From: a virus | Lineage: Duplodnaviria > Caudoviricetes | Length of the DNA: 54,147 nt | Direction: 5' to 3' (one strand) | Virus record (IMG/VR): IMGVR_UViG_3300043418_000125 | Location: 1-54,147 of that record | Part shown: positions 17,815 to 26,357 of the stretch, one piece after another | Numbering within the stretch: position 1 is the stretch's first letter | Layout of the letters: each line of letters opens with the position of its first letter | Notes under the pieces: model-generated | Told to the model about the DNA's origin: nothing | Seen by the model: only the letters and a program-made list of their open reading frames with translations | Database searches by the model: none | Position numbers and translations under genes: made by a program

Positions 17815-18292
17815 AAAGGACTGGACAACAGACTCGGGTCTTCGTGCCGTCGTGATGCTCACCGAGATGGGTCATCGCTGCGGATACGTTGGTGTGCCGC
17901 ATGGGCATCCGCTCTACGAACATGCCTATGACGCACCGCACGTCATGCTCTCGATGGACATGAACAGAAGCACCGAGAAGATGAGTCCCATGCAGATAAT
18001 GCTTGGCGCATTCAAGGACAACGACCAACTCACAAGCCCCGAGTATGTGTTCGAGGTTCATGGTGGGCTGACATTCTCGGGCGGCAGCAAGGAATACCCA
18101 GTCGAATCCGATTTGTGGTGGTTCGGCTACGACTGCGCTCATGCCGGTGACTTGCCCGAGCCTGAGTCAAAGATGGGGCGCATGTATGCAGAGCATGGGT
18201 TCGCTGACCGTGATGGTGTGCTGCGGACGCTGGACTTCTGTGTCGCTGAGTGCGAGTCACTGGCAAGGCAACTTGCGGAGGTGGCGCAATGA
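17801..18292 (+). CDS. conserved phage protein (GHRCGYV...VHGGLTF...WWFGYDCAH)
   Basis: 163 aa from MNQIEK; Cys/His-rich conserved motifs; GGAG RBS. Confidence 0.75.
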   Translation: MNQIEKDWTTDSGLRAVVMLTEMGHRCGYVGVPHGHPLYEHAYDAPHVMLSMDMNRSTEKMSPMQIMLGAFKDNDQLTSPEYVFEVHGGLTFSGGSKEYPVESDLWWFGYDCAHAGDLPEPESKMGRMYAEHGFADRDGVLRTLDFCVAECESLARQLAEVAQ

Positions 18293-18495
18293 AGAGCCTC
18301 GACTTCACAGGCATGGCCTTGTACTTCGCATTCGGCATCGTGCTGAGTGCATCAGGACACAGCATCGGCGACCTCACGTACTGGCTTCTGTTCATTCTGT
18401 TCATCGCATCGGATGTTCACTCATCCAACGTGGCTTACCGGCGCGGCATGGATGCAGGCAGCGAGATAACCAAGAAGGTATGGGGCATCAAGTGA
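18289..18495 (+). CDS. small membrane protein (2 TM)
   Basis: 68 aa from MKSLDF; GGAGGT RBS; ATGA overlap. Confidence 0.6.
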   Translation: MKSLDFTGMALYFAFGIVLSASGHSIGDLTYWLLFILFIASDVHSSNVAYRRGMDAGSEITKKVWGIK

Positions 18496-18515
18496 AACCA
18501 CCACAAGGAATCGAA

Positions 18516-18656
18516 ATGATTAAGACCTACACAGACAGCGTTCGCCACACGGTAACGCTCGGCATGGCGTACCGCTGTGTCTACTGCGGCGTGATTTGGC
18601 AACGACCAAGAGACGCACGAGAACACGTATTGATTTGCACAGAAAGAACCAAATGA
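18516..18656 (+). CDS. small zinc-finger-like protein
   Basis: 46 aa, YRCVYCG...AREHVLIC; AAGGA RBS. Confidence 0.55.
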   Translation: MIKTYTDSVRHTVTLGMAYRCVYCGVIWQRPRDAREHVLICTERTK

Positions 18657-19093
18657 ACTTAGACGACATTCGCATCCACTTCCGCATCGGCAGCGTTCAG
18701 CACAAGATGCTTTCCCTCATAGCCAAGCGCGACTACAACTCGACAGAGTTACGCAAGGACACCGGCGCCACCATCCGCATCGAGCGGGTTCGCGAGATTC
18801 TTCACGAGCTGAAAGGCTTGAAGCTGATTAGCGTGGGGCGAGGCGGAGACCACTGGGCAATCACAACAGAAGGTTTGCACGTCAGTGTGCTACTCGGCGC
18901 AGTGCCTGCCACCTCCGTGGTGAAACGCAGCAAGAGCGAGAAGCGCGCAGAAATGTACGAGCGCCCCAACTACGAGCCGAAAGAACTTGGCTTCACATGC
19001 CTACGACCAGGTGCGTATGACGCATTCTTGCTCCCGTCCCGCATCGGCAACGAGCTGCACTACCCCAACGCTCGCAAGACAACAACAGATTAA
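18653..19093 (+). CDS. winged-helix-like hypothetical protein
   Basis: 146 aa from MNLDDI; RVREILHELKGLKLI; C-terminal RPGAYDAFLLPSRIG. Confidence 0.6.
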   Translation: MNLDDIRIHFRIGSVQHKMLSLIAKRDYNSTELRKDTGATIRIERVREILHELKGLKLISVGRGGDHWAITTEGLHVSVLLGAVPATSVVKRSKSEKRAEMYERPNYEPKELGFTCLRPGAYDAFLLPSRIGNELHYPNARKTTTD

Positions 19094-19111
19094 CCAACAG
19101 GAGAAGACACC

Positions 19112-19579
19112 ATGAACAAATCAACCCGCACCCAGATCGCAATTATGAATCGCATCGAGTCACTCGCAGACTCGGACATCTTCGGCTTCCAGACTGGCGA
19201 CCTCGTATCGTTCCTCGACTACGACCATGCCAAGCCATTCATCAAGGCAGACACGACGCCCGAAGAGTGGGCGGAGGTAACCAAGGGAATCACATCACCC
19301 GCTCAGTGCATCACCGAGTACATGGCGTTTGCATGGGACAAGGCGAACAACCGCCGAGGCATCTCAGCAGGACGCAGCATCGCTCACATGGTTACGTGGC
19401 TGTGGCTGGATGGCAAGGACGAACTCGCCAAACAGATTGAGGACTACGACTATTACGGCAAGCCGCAACTCGTGGCTGTGTGTAACGAGTACGGCATCGA
19501 CTGGAAACAGTACGACGATGGCGAGTGGGTGTGCAACGAGGATGACACGCCTCGCACTGCCGAGGAGGTGTTGGCATGA
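19112..19579 (+). CDS. conserved hypothetical protein
   Basis: 155 aa; AWDKANNRRGISAGRS...YYGKPQL; AGGAG RBS. Confidence 0.7.
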   Translation: MNKSTRTQIAIMNRIESLADSDIFGFQTGDLVSFLDYDHAKPFIKADTTPEEWAEVTKGITSPAQCITEYMAFAWDKANNRRGISAGRSIAHMVTWLWLDGKDELAKQIEDYDYYGKPQLVAVCNEYGIDWKQYDDGEWVCNEDDTPRTAEEVLA

Positions 19580-19737
19580 GCGAAGCAACAGGACTCGTTA
19601 TCTCCCTGACCTGCGTTGCGGCGTGGTTCAACCACATCTTCACGTGCTTCTCCGAAGGGCTGTGGGGATTCCTCGTTGCCGGTGCGCTGGCATTTCCAAT
19701 CGGCATCATTCATGGGATGTGGCTATGGTTCAGATAA
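19576..19737 (+). CDS. 53-aa 2-TM membrane protein (not in ORF track)
   Basis: MSEATGLVISLTCVAAWFNHIFTCFSEGLWGFLVAGALAFPIGIIHGMWLWFR; GGAGGT RBS; ATGA overlap. Confidence 0.7.
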   Translation: MSEATGLVISLTCVAAWFNHIFTCFSEGLWGFLVAGALAFPIGIIHGMWLWFR

Positions 19738-19919
19738 ACGCATTCCACCCTGACTACATCAAGACGTACCACCCCGATCTAACTCAGAAGATCATCAAGG
19801 AACAGAAGGCCAAGGAGAACGGGCAACTCTACGGCTCGAAGGCGAGGGAGAAAGAGTCAAGCACTGAACCCAACTCGAACACCATCCAACAGTTTCCAAA
19901 GAGGGAGAAAAAGAAATGA
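19725..19919 (+). CDS. hypothetical protein (64 aa from MVQINAFHPDY)
   Basis: coupled between its neighbours. Confidence 0.55.
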   Translation: MVQINAFHPDYIKTYHPDLTQKIIKEQKAKENGQLYGSKAREKESSTEPNSNTIQQFPKREKKK

Positions 19920-20203
19920 ACAGGCCCGAGCTAACCTACGAAGAGTTCTGCGCCATGCCCTTGCAGTACACACAGGGCATCCGCATGAACGACTCAGCCG
20001 TTCGTCAGTACGGCAATGTGGGGCTTGGCTTCTACAAAGAAGTCGTCACACCATACGACGAGCGGACTGGGGAGTGGGGCACACCGACGACCGTGTTCTA
20101 TCTGCCCGACGACGAGCGCACGTTTGACACACCCGACCAGCTCTATGTCGCGTACATGGAGAAGGCTTGCGGAATGGAGGCGGCGCATGGTGCCGAGCAT
20201 TAA
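19916..20203 (+). CDS. hypothetical protein
   Basis: 95 aa; ATGA overlap. Confidence 0.6.
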   Translation: MNRPELTYEEFCAMPLQYTQGIRMNDSAVRQYGNVGLGFYKEVVTPYDERTGEWGTPTTVFYLPDDERTFDTPDQLYVAYMEKACGMEAAHGAEH

Positions 20204-20477
20204 GCTGGTTGCTTGGCAGGATAGAGACCCGCACTTTATCTTTGTGGGAATCCCTGACCAACGAGGTAGGTACCTTCGCACCGACACATCTGTTGCTCTC
20301 GTGCCTTGCCCAAACTGCCACGCTGCGGTGGGTGAGCCATGTAAAGGGCACGGCGGCAAGTACGGCGGGACTACACACGTGTCTCGACGCCAAGCCAACT
20401 ACAAGAACTGGGGACATCGAGCCTTCGATGTTCTACCAACACCACCAACTACACCTGACGAATGGATGGAACCATGA
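20187..20477 (+). CDS. zinc-finger-containing hypothetical protein
   Basis: 96 aa from MVPSIK; CPNCHAAVGEPC...HVSRR; GGAGG RBS. Confidence 0.6.
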   Translation: MVPSIKLVAWQDRDPHFIFVGIPDQRGRYLRTDTSVALVPCPNCHAAVGEPCKGHGGKYGGTTHVSRRQANYKNWGHRAFDVLPTPPTTPDEWMEP

Positions 20478-20830
20478 CGGATAAAACAACAGGCTTCTTC
20501 AGCCGCGAAGCAATGAAAGCGCACAGCGATGGACACGTGCAGAGTAAGCACTGGTCAGACTGTGCCGTTCACAGTGAGCCTGCGTACCCAAAGGGTGAGT
20601 GCGACTGCGGCGGGTATGAGCCGGTGGCAATTATTCACCGCAACGAGTACAACGAGTACAGGCTTGAGCCGCACGATGACTTCAAAATTGACAGCATCCC
20701 AATGAATGTCGATGTGCCACTGTTCAAGTCAACGCAGCGCAAGCGAGTTCTATTTCCCACAATGCTCCGAAAAATGTGGAGCGGCGGCGAAGTTCAGGCA
20801 TGGCTTGACAACAACGTGAACGGCCTTTAA
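20474..20830 (+). CDS. hypothetical protein with HWSDCAVH..P....GECDCG motif
   Basis: 118 aa from MTDKTT; last gene of the plus-strand early block. Confidence 0.6.
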   Translation: MTDKTTGFFSREAMKAHSDGHVQSKHWSDCAVHSEPAYPKGECDCGGYEPVAIIHRNEYNEYRLEPHDDFKIDSIPMNVDVPLFKSTQRKRVLFPTMLRKMWSGGEVQAWLDNNVNGL

Positions 20831-20857
20831 CCAACAGATTGCGGGATAGACACCCGC

Positions 20858-21352
20858 CTACTCTGCCAACTCGAAGTCACCCTCACCAAACATCTTCTCG
20901 TGCAGCCGCTCCACCCCTCGGGTTTGATACGGCAGCCACGCTCTCAGTGCCGAGCTGCGCCAGCCGCAGACCTTCCGGTAGCTGACACCCCTCTCCTCTG
21001 CAATCGCCCTGATGCTTGGTCGCTTCGTTGACCAGTGCAACAGCACGAGCTGCAACTCTCTGACGCTAGGCATCACGCCTGCAAGATTCGGCCACAGAAA
21101 CTCGGCCAGCCCACGAATCGCGTCTGTCCTATCCCTACCCCTACCGTACATCGCAATCACGGCACAGCGCTCCGCTGGATGCAGCCTAGACACCATGCTC
21201 TGAATCATCGCAGCCTGCGCGTGCAAGTCCATCGGCGATAGGTCATCTTGACTGGTGCCCCTCACCTTCATCGGGTCTGAGCGCGAATACTCGGCACGCT
21301 CGCCCACGTTGTACGAAAACTTCACGGCTTGCTCAACAGACTGAAACTTCAT
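20858..21352 (-). CDS. Q-like late regulator/antiterminator (putative)
   Basis: last gene of the replication operon; C-terminal HTH SIRAIAEERGVSYRKV. Confidence 0.55.
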   Translation of the reverse strand: MKFQSVEQAVKFSYNVGERAEYSRSDPMKVRGTSQDDLSPMDLHAQAAMIQSMVSRLHPAERCAVIAMYGRGRDRTDAIRGLAEFLWPNLAGVMPSVRELQLVLLHWSTKRPSIRAIAEERGVSYRKVCGWRSSALRAWLPYQTRGVERLHEKMFGEGDFELAE

Positions 21353-21795
21353 GCCTGCACTCCTTCGAGTGTCAGCTCGTCCACGCCCAGGCCACAGCCA
21401 GCCTCATAGACAGACGCCACGCGCACAGCCTCCGCTGCATTAGCGCCCATGTGCATTGCCGCATAGGCATAGTCACGACCACTGCCCATCGCGAAGGTAG
21501 GGTCTTCAATAAGGTACGGCACAGGCGCACGCTCAAACTTCCAAGCCTTGCCCTGCTCGTCAATCATCACCATCCCAACCCACTCGTCATCCTTCTTCTG
21601 GAACTCAGGCCAGTCCTCGCGCTTCATGCCCTGCTCTGCCCACTCGAACATCATCTGGCCTCTGTCCCAGTCGCCACTCACAGCGAACAGCCTGCCGTTG
21701 ATGCGGCGAACCTTCGTCACCTTGCGAATGAGTCCCGATGTGGTGGCCTGCTTGTCAGCAGCCAGCGTCTTCCCATCCCATGCGATTACTGTCAT
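21349..21795 (-). CDS. Ntn-hydrolase (HslV/proteasome-beta-like) protein
   Basis: M-T-VIAWDGKTLAADK.AT N-terminus and FAMGSGRDYA.AAM. Confidence 0.7.
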   Translation of the reverse strand: MTVIAWDGKTLAADKQATTSGLIRKVTKVRRINGRLFAVSGDWDRGQMMFEWAEQGMKREDWPEFQKKDDEWVGMVMIDEQGKAWKFERAPVPYLIEDPTFAMGSGRDYAYAAMHMGANAAEAVRVASVYEAGCGLGVDELTLEGVQA

Positions 21796-22265
21796 TCGTG
21801 CTGCCCTCCGTCATGCTCCAATGCCCAACAGAGAATGGACAAGGCATCTGCCTCGTTGTCATCTGTCACGCCATAGCCTCGGTGCTGCACGGCTTCAATC
21901 ATTTCCTGCTTCGAGGCATTGCCCTTGTTGGTCATATGCTTCTTGATGGTACCGACCGGCACGCCCTGATATGGGATGTGGTTCAGCTCGCACCATGAAG
22001 TCAGCGTGGCGAGCAAGCCACCGTACACGTGCGCTGCATCCGTACTCATGTGACGACGCACCTCCTCGAAGTACACCGCCTGAATCTCACGCGACATCGC
22101 CTGCAATTCGTTCAGCCACTTTTTGAATCGCAGGTAGCGCATACCCCCACCCTCATAGCGACCCGTCTTGAACGAAACCCAACCATGCTGGATGTCACCG
22201 GTGGATGGGCGAAGCGCCCAACCGGTAGTCGTGCCCAAGTCCAGGGCGAGAATCTGTTCCTTCAT
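21792..22265 (-). CDS. RuvC-like Holliday junction resolvase (157 aa from MKEQIL)
   Basis: ILALDLGTTTGWA, VYFEEV, GVPVGTIKK..T.KGNASK, DDNEADAL. Confidence 0.85.
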   Translation of the reverse strand: MKEQILALDLGTTTGWALRPSTGDIQHGWVSFKTGRYEGGGMRYLRFKKWLNELQAMSREIQAVYFEEVRRHMSTDAAHVYGGLLATLTSWCELNHIPYQGVPVGTIKKHMTNKGNASKQEMIEAVQHRGYGVTDDNEADALSILCWALEHDGGQHE

Positions 22266-22786
22266 ATCTGTTCTTTCCTGGGCCGACCTGGCCCACGCTT
22301 CGATGTACTGATGGCGTGCATTGCCGCCCCGATATTCTCGCTCGACGGCAAACCCACCACCTGACCCGATTGCCCCATGACCGCCTGCTCCCACACTCGC
22401 GGCCTGCGCGGGTCTAGCAGAGGCACGCCCACCACCTCAGAGCTTCGCGACTCTCGAATGAAGACTGTCTCTGGGTGCCCACACAAACCACGCTGCACCA
22501 TGCTATCGCGATAGCGCTTTGTGCAATCACGACACGGCTCGATGGGTGCATCACCCCTTCCTGTCTGAGCGGACAGACGCGAGGCCACCACGTACTCGCG
22601 CCACTGCTCGTAGGTGAAACACTTTGGCGGCTCGGCTGATGCGACGCCATCTTTAATGGCCTTGCCGAACTCTTCAATGATTGCTCGGCGCTCATGCCTG
22701 TTGCACGCGCCGAAGACTCCTGCTCTGTTGTGGCACGAGAGGTGCCGACACTGCATGGGTGATAGGGTCAAGGTCAGCTTAATCAA
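22262..22786 (-). CDS. Cys-rich hypothetical protein with C-terminal AT-hook
   Basis: PKCF...PCRDC...LCGHPE; ends KRGPGRPRK. Confidence 0.6.
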   Translation of the reverse strand: MIKLTLTLSPMQCRHLSCHNRAGVFGACNRHERRAIIEEFGKAIKDGVASAEPPKCFTYEQWREYVVASRLSAQTGRGDAPIEPCRDCTKRYRDSMVQRGLCGHPETVFIRESRSSEVVGVPLLDPRRPRVWEQAVMGQSGQVVGLPSSENIGAAMHAISTSKRGPGRPRKEQI

Positions 22787-23114
22787 ACTTCAATCTTTCT
22801 TCGCGGACTGCTTGCAACAGAGTCAGCGCGACGTGTTCAAACTGTGTGCCGTTACGTTCTTCCCATGCGTGGACGTCGTGGTGCAGCTCGTCATGGCAAG
22901 GGCGACACAGCGGGATTACCCACCAGTCAGGCACCTTGGTGCCCATGCCCTTGAACCCTGCACCGTGGGGATGGTGAGGGTCATCTGCCGGAGCATTGCA
23001 ACTCACGCAACGCAGGGACTTCACCCAATTCATGTATCCGCGATTCTCAATGCGCTCGACATAGCCGCGCATCAGCGCATCACGGAACGTCATGTATGGG
23101 GGAATGATCTTCAT
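22779..23114 (-). CDS. DUF968-family HNH-like zinc protein
   Basis: YMNWVKSLRCVSC...DDPHH...GMGTK.PD...IPLCRPCHDELH. Confidence 0.8.
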   Translation of the reverse strand: MKIIPPYMTFRDALMRGYVERIENRGYMNWVKSLRCVSCNAPADDPHHPHGAGFKGMGTKVPDWWVIPLCRPCHDELHHDVHAWEERNGTQFEHVALTLLQAVREERLKFD

Positions 23115-23416
23115 CAGACGATGCCGCGCTCTTTGAGGATGGACATGCCTGCGTACACGATGGCGCCGAACACTTCTGTCTCGAAGGCTTCACCACTGCG
23201 CAGGCTGGCAGCTTCTTCCAGCTTCTTTGCTGCCTGTCCAGTGGCGAATCCACGCCCGTGCATCTTCACGTAATGCACCCAAGGCTGTTCGAGGAATGGT
23301 GTGACGTTGCCACCGTGGCGTTCGCCCTTACCGTACATGGCCTGCTCGATGGCGCCCAACAGTACGGGTGCGAGTGGGTGGTTCAAGATTTCTTCTTGGC
23401 GTTTTGTCAATTTCAT
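23114..23416 (-). CDS. conserved phage protein
   Basis: GKGERHG...FLEQP...FATGQAAKKLEEA. Confidence 0.7.
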   Translation of the reverse strand: MKLTKRQEEILNHPLAPVLLGAIEQAMYGKGERHGGNVTPFLEQPWVHYVKMHGRGFATGQAAKKLEEAASLRSGEAFETEVFGAIVYAGMSILKERGIV

Positions 23417-23784
23417 TTAGCTGTCTCCTTTGGTGATAGTGCTTTGTCGAGAATTTCTTGCAGTCGGTTTACTTCGTCGTCATGCAGGTATGTGAGGCCA
23501 GCCGTGCGCAGCCGAAGCACCTGTCGCTCTAGGCGGTCGCACACGTTGTCGTTCACAGTGATGCCGCGCATGGTGTACTCCTTGCGAATCACCTGCTCGG
23601 GCAGTGCGGGCAGTGCGGGCAGTGGTGCAGTCCTCCATTCCACGAACTTCTGGATCGCAAAGCGAACGACTCCGTACACAGAGCCAAGCATCGCCAGCTT
23701 GTAGATCAGGTACCCACACAGCACCCACACAGTCATCGTTGGTAGACCGGCAATGGCCTCGATAAGTAGTTTCAGTTCTTCCAT
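23413..23784 (-). CDS. membrane-anchored hypothetical protein (123 aa from MEELKL)
   Basis: hydrophobic N-terminal half; LPALPALP encoded by a 9-bp tandem repeat. Confidence 0.6.
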   Translation of the reverse strand: MEELKLLIEAIAGLPTMTVWVLCGYLIYKLAMLGSVYGVVRFAIQKFVEWRTAPLPALPALPEQVIRKEYTMRGITVNDNVCDRLERQVLRLRTAGLTYLHDDEVNRLQEILDKALSPKETAK

Positions 23785-23785
23785 T

Positions 23786-24127
23786 TCATGCTCCGTATGC
23801 GCGACGCTCTTGTCGCTGGTTGGCTTGGCTGGTCTGCCATACGGCAACACCGAGCTTCGCAATCTCAAGGTGCCAGCGCAGGCGCTCGCTCTCCTCTGTT
23901 GCCACCTTCAATCCTTGCAGCAGTGCGATGTACTCTGGGTGTGAGCGAGCCTCTCGTTCTTGTGCTGCGGCAGTCTTGTGCCCATCAACCTCAGCGCCCT
24001 TCATCAGAATCGCGAGCTTGCTCTTCTTCATCTCTTCCAAATAGTTTCGCTCGGCATACGCCTTTGAGTATTGGACAGACGTTTCGCGCAGCTCTGCCAA
24101 TCTCACTTCTGTTTTGTCGTTCATCAT
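23786..24127 (-). CDS. conserved coiled-coil phage protein
   Basis: AERNYLEE.KKSKLA...AAQEREA..HPEY...LRW. Confidence 0.7.
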   Translation of the reverse strand: MMNDKTEVRLAELRETSVQYSKAYAERNYLEEMKKSKLAILMKGAEVDGHKTAAAQEREARSHPEYIALLQGLKVATEESERLRWHLEIAKLGVAVWQTSQANQRQERRAYGA

Positions 24128-24381
24128 CGCCCCCTCTTTAAATTCACTGACCTCGATGGGTAGTAGTTGTCTGGCACCGTGAACACCTTGTCAGGGTCAG
24201 GCTCTTCTTTCTTTCCTACCTCGTGACCAGTCACGAAGTCCTTCGCGTACAGCAGCTTGCAATCAGGGAACGTCTTGCGGAACTCGTCCATCATTGCTGC
24301 CACGTTGGGCATGAGCTGCCGGTTGCGTTCGGCCTGCTCACGCCGCATCCTGTCGCGTGCGTCGATTGCTTCTTCACTCAA
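24124..24381 (-). CDS. hypothetical protein
   Basis: 85 aa; coupled overlaps with neighbours. Confidence 0.6.
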   Translation of the reverse strand: MSEEAIDARDRMRREQAERNRQLMPNVAAMMDEFRKTFPDCKLLYAKDFVTGHEVGKKEEPDPDKVFTVPDNYYPSRSVNLKRGR

Positions 24382-24944
24382 AATGGAATCTCCGAAGTCT
24401 TCTTAGTGCTGAATGCTGCGTTCATTGCCGCTGCGGCCTGGCCAAGTTTGATGTCCCTGGTTGGGTGCAGCTTCTTAATCTGTTCGCAAACCTGTTCAAG
24501 CTCAACGCCGGTGCGGATGACGCCGTGGTCATTCAAGAAGTCCGCCGCCTGCTCGAGTGCGAACCTGCGGATGACGCGCTCGGTCTCCACGTTGGTGGCG
24601 TAGGTCTTGTTATTGTTCGTCGCCATCTCAAGGTCGAACGACAACTGCTTGACTGCCTCTTTGTATTTGGCAAGCTCACGCTCCAACTCTGCAATACGTG
24701 GGTCGCCGGTTCGCTCTTCGCCAATCAACGTGTCAACAGTTCGCCGAATGTCCTGTGCAATCAGGTGCGGGTATTCAATCCATACCTGCGGAGCCACACG
24801 ATGCGATGCTGACTTGCCGTTCTTGCGCACGTTGATGACGTAATCCATCGTTGCAAAGTTCTGCACTACTTCGATGCCAACGCCTCGCGCACTCTCGATA
24901 CGCACTGCTGCGTCAATAATTTTTTGATCTATCGTTGCGCTCAT
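24378..24944 (-). CDS. hypothetical protein (188 aa from MSATID)
   Basis: ATGA overlap with the helicase stop; coiled coil; ends EIPF. Confidence 0.6.
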   Translation of the reverse strand: MSATIDQKIIDAAVRIESARGVGIEVVQNFATMDYVINVRKNGKSASHRVAPQVWIEYPHLIAQDIRRTVDTLIGEERTGDPRIAELERELAKYKEAVKQLSFDLEMATNNNKTYATNVETERVIRRFALEQAADFLNDHGVIRTGVELEQVCEQIKKLHPTRDIKLGQAAAAMNAAFSTKKTSEIPF

Positions 24945-25894
24945 ATCGCTTCCCCTTCTGGTGCTGTGTAACGGGAGTAGTCGTAGAGCATCGGACGTGC
25001 TGGATGTTCTGAGTACGAGACCGCACCCTGCACGTAATACAACCCAACTCGGCCTTCCCAATCTCCGTGTCGATTCTTGTCGCAAACCAGAATGGCGTCA
25101 GGGATTGACTCGTCAACCTCCTTGCCCTTCTGTTTGTCCTGTTCCTTGCGTTTGTTGCGCCAGACTGTGAACGACTGGTCAACCTGGTCAACGATTGCGC
25201 CGCTGCCCTTGGCGTCCATCTTTCCTGGCACCTGGTTCTCGTCAGCCAGCTTGCGGCTGTGATGAATGATGTGGACGTGGACGTTGTAGTCCTGCGCAAA
25301 GGCACAGACTGAATCGACAAAGTTCTTCTGTCCGTTGTAGTCATCCTCGCCCTTGACCACCTTCATCAGTGAGTCAACAACGAAGTGCTGCAAGCCGAAC
25401 TTGTTCACGGCATAGCGCATGATGGCCAGCAAGTGATCTGGGTCTGTGTGACCCATCTTGTCGTACAGCCACAGCTTGCCGGTCGCATGGCTGATGACGC
25501 TATCAACAAAGCCTTCGCTCGGGTGTGCGCTCGCCGCTGCCTGCTTACACATGCGTGCGAGTGTGGCCTTGGGTTTCATTTCAAACGAGGCGATGCAAAC
25601 CTTCTGGCCTTGATGCAGGAAGTCGAGCATCACGTGGCTGGTCAACAGACTCTTGCCGTGTCCGTTCACACCCATCCACAGGCTCACCTCACCTGGGCGG
25701 AAGCGGATGTGGTCGAAGGTCTTCTGCCACGGCAGGGTTGCACCACGCAGGGTGTCGCCACCAGCAAGGTAGGCCACCACGTCGTCACGGTAGGCGAGCG
25801 GTGCCACCAGTTTGTCAACGTCATGTGGCTCGGCTGCGTACTGCGCGAAGTCGTAGCTGTCGGCAGAGAAAATCAAGTCGTCGGCATTACTCAT
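24941..25894 (-). CDS. DnaB-like (SF4) replicative helicase
   Basis: Walker A GVNGHGKS, SFEM, FVVDSL, HIIHHSRK, KGSGAI, KNRHG. Confidence 0.9.
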   Translation of the reverse strand: MSNADDLIFSADSYDFAQYAAEPHDVDKLVAPLAYRDDVVAYLAGGDTLRGATLPWQKTFDHIRFRPGEVSLWMGVNGHGKSLLTSHVMLDFLHQGQKVCIASFEMKPKATLARMCKQAAASAHPSEGFVDSVISHATGKLWLYDKMGHTDPDHLLAIMRYAVNKFGLQHFVVDSLMKVVKGEDDYNGQKNFVDSVCAFAQDYNVHVHIIHHSRKLADENQVPGKMDAKGSGAIVDQVDQSFTVWRNKRKEQDKQKGKEVDESIPDAILVCDKNRHGDWEGRVGLYYVQGAVSYSEHPARPMLYDYSRYTAPEGEAI

Positions 25895-26357
25895 GGCGCT
25901 TCACCCCCTTGAATGCAACTCGGTCGAAGCGGCTCATGGGAGACAGGTCGAATGTCTCAGGCTGATTCCCGATGCCAAGCTCAGGGATGCCGAGGTACCC
26001 GCTGTGCCATGTGAGCTGGAGGCCATGCTGTTTGATGACGTCCCACATCCACAGGTAGCCGATGGTGGGCGTGAATGGCTTGACGTAGCCGCCATTGGGG
26101 GCTTGGCGAACGACGGCCTTGCTGACCTCGCTCACGCGCTGGTGCGGCACCTTGTCGTGGTACACAAGGCAGACACTCAGGTCTCGCACCCATCGCCAGT
26201 CGAAGGTGCTGATGCGGTCGGCAGGGTCGAGCAGGACTTGGAAGTTCCCGTCAACCAGTGGGCCAACGAGGCTGACGAACACAATCTCGTTCGGGCGCTT
26301 GCCCTGCATCCGCATGTCCCAAATCTCTTGGGCGCCGTATGGCAGTGTCGGGTTCAT
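25887..26357 (-). CDS. hypothetical protein between initiator and helicase
   Basis: 156 aa; coupled on both sides; position suggests a loader/accessory role (inference). Confidence 0.65.
   Translation of the reverse strand: MNPTLPYGAQEIWDMRMQGKRPNEIVFVSLVGPLVDGNFQVLLDPADRISTFDWRWVRDLSVCLVYHDKVPHQRVSEVSKAVVRQAPNGGYVKPFTPTIGYLWMWDVIKQHGLQLTWHSGYLGIPELGIGNQPETFDLSPMSRFDRVAFKGVKRHE

Noticed and set aside
23598-23630. 9-bp tandem repeat GGGCAGTGC
   Set aside because: In-frame slippage encoding LPALPALP; no sign of a regulatory or phase-variable role
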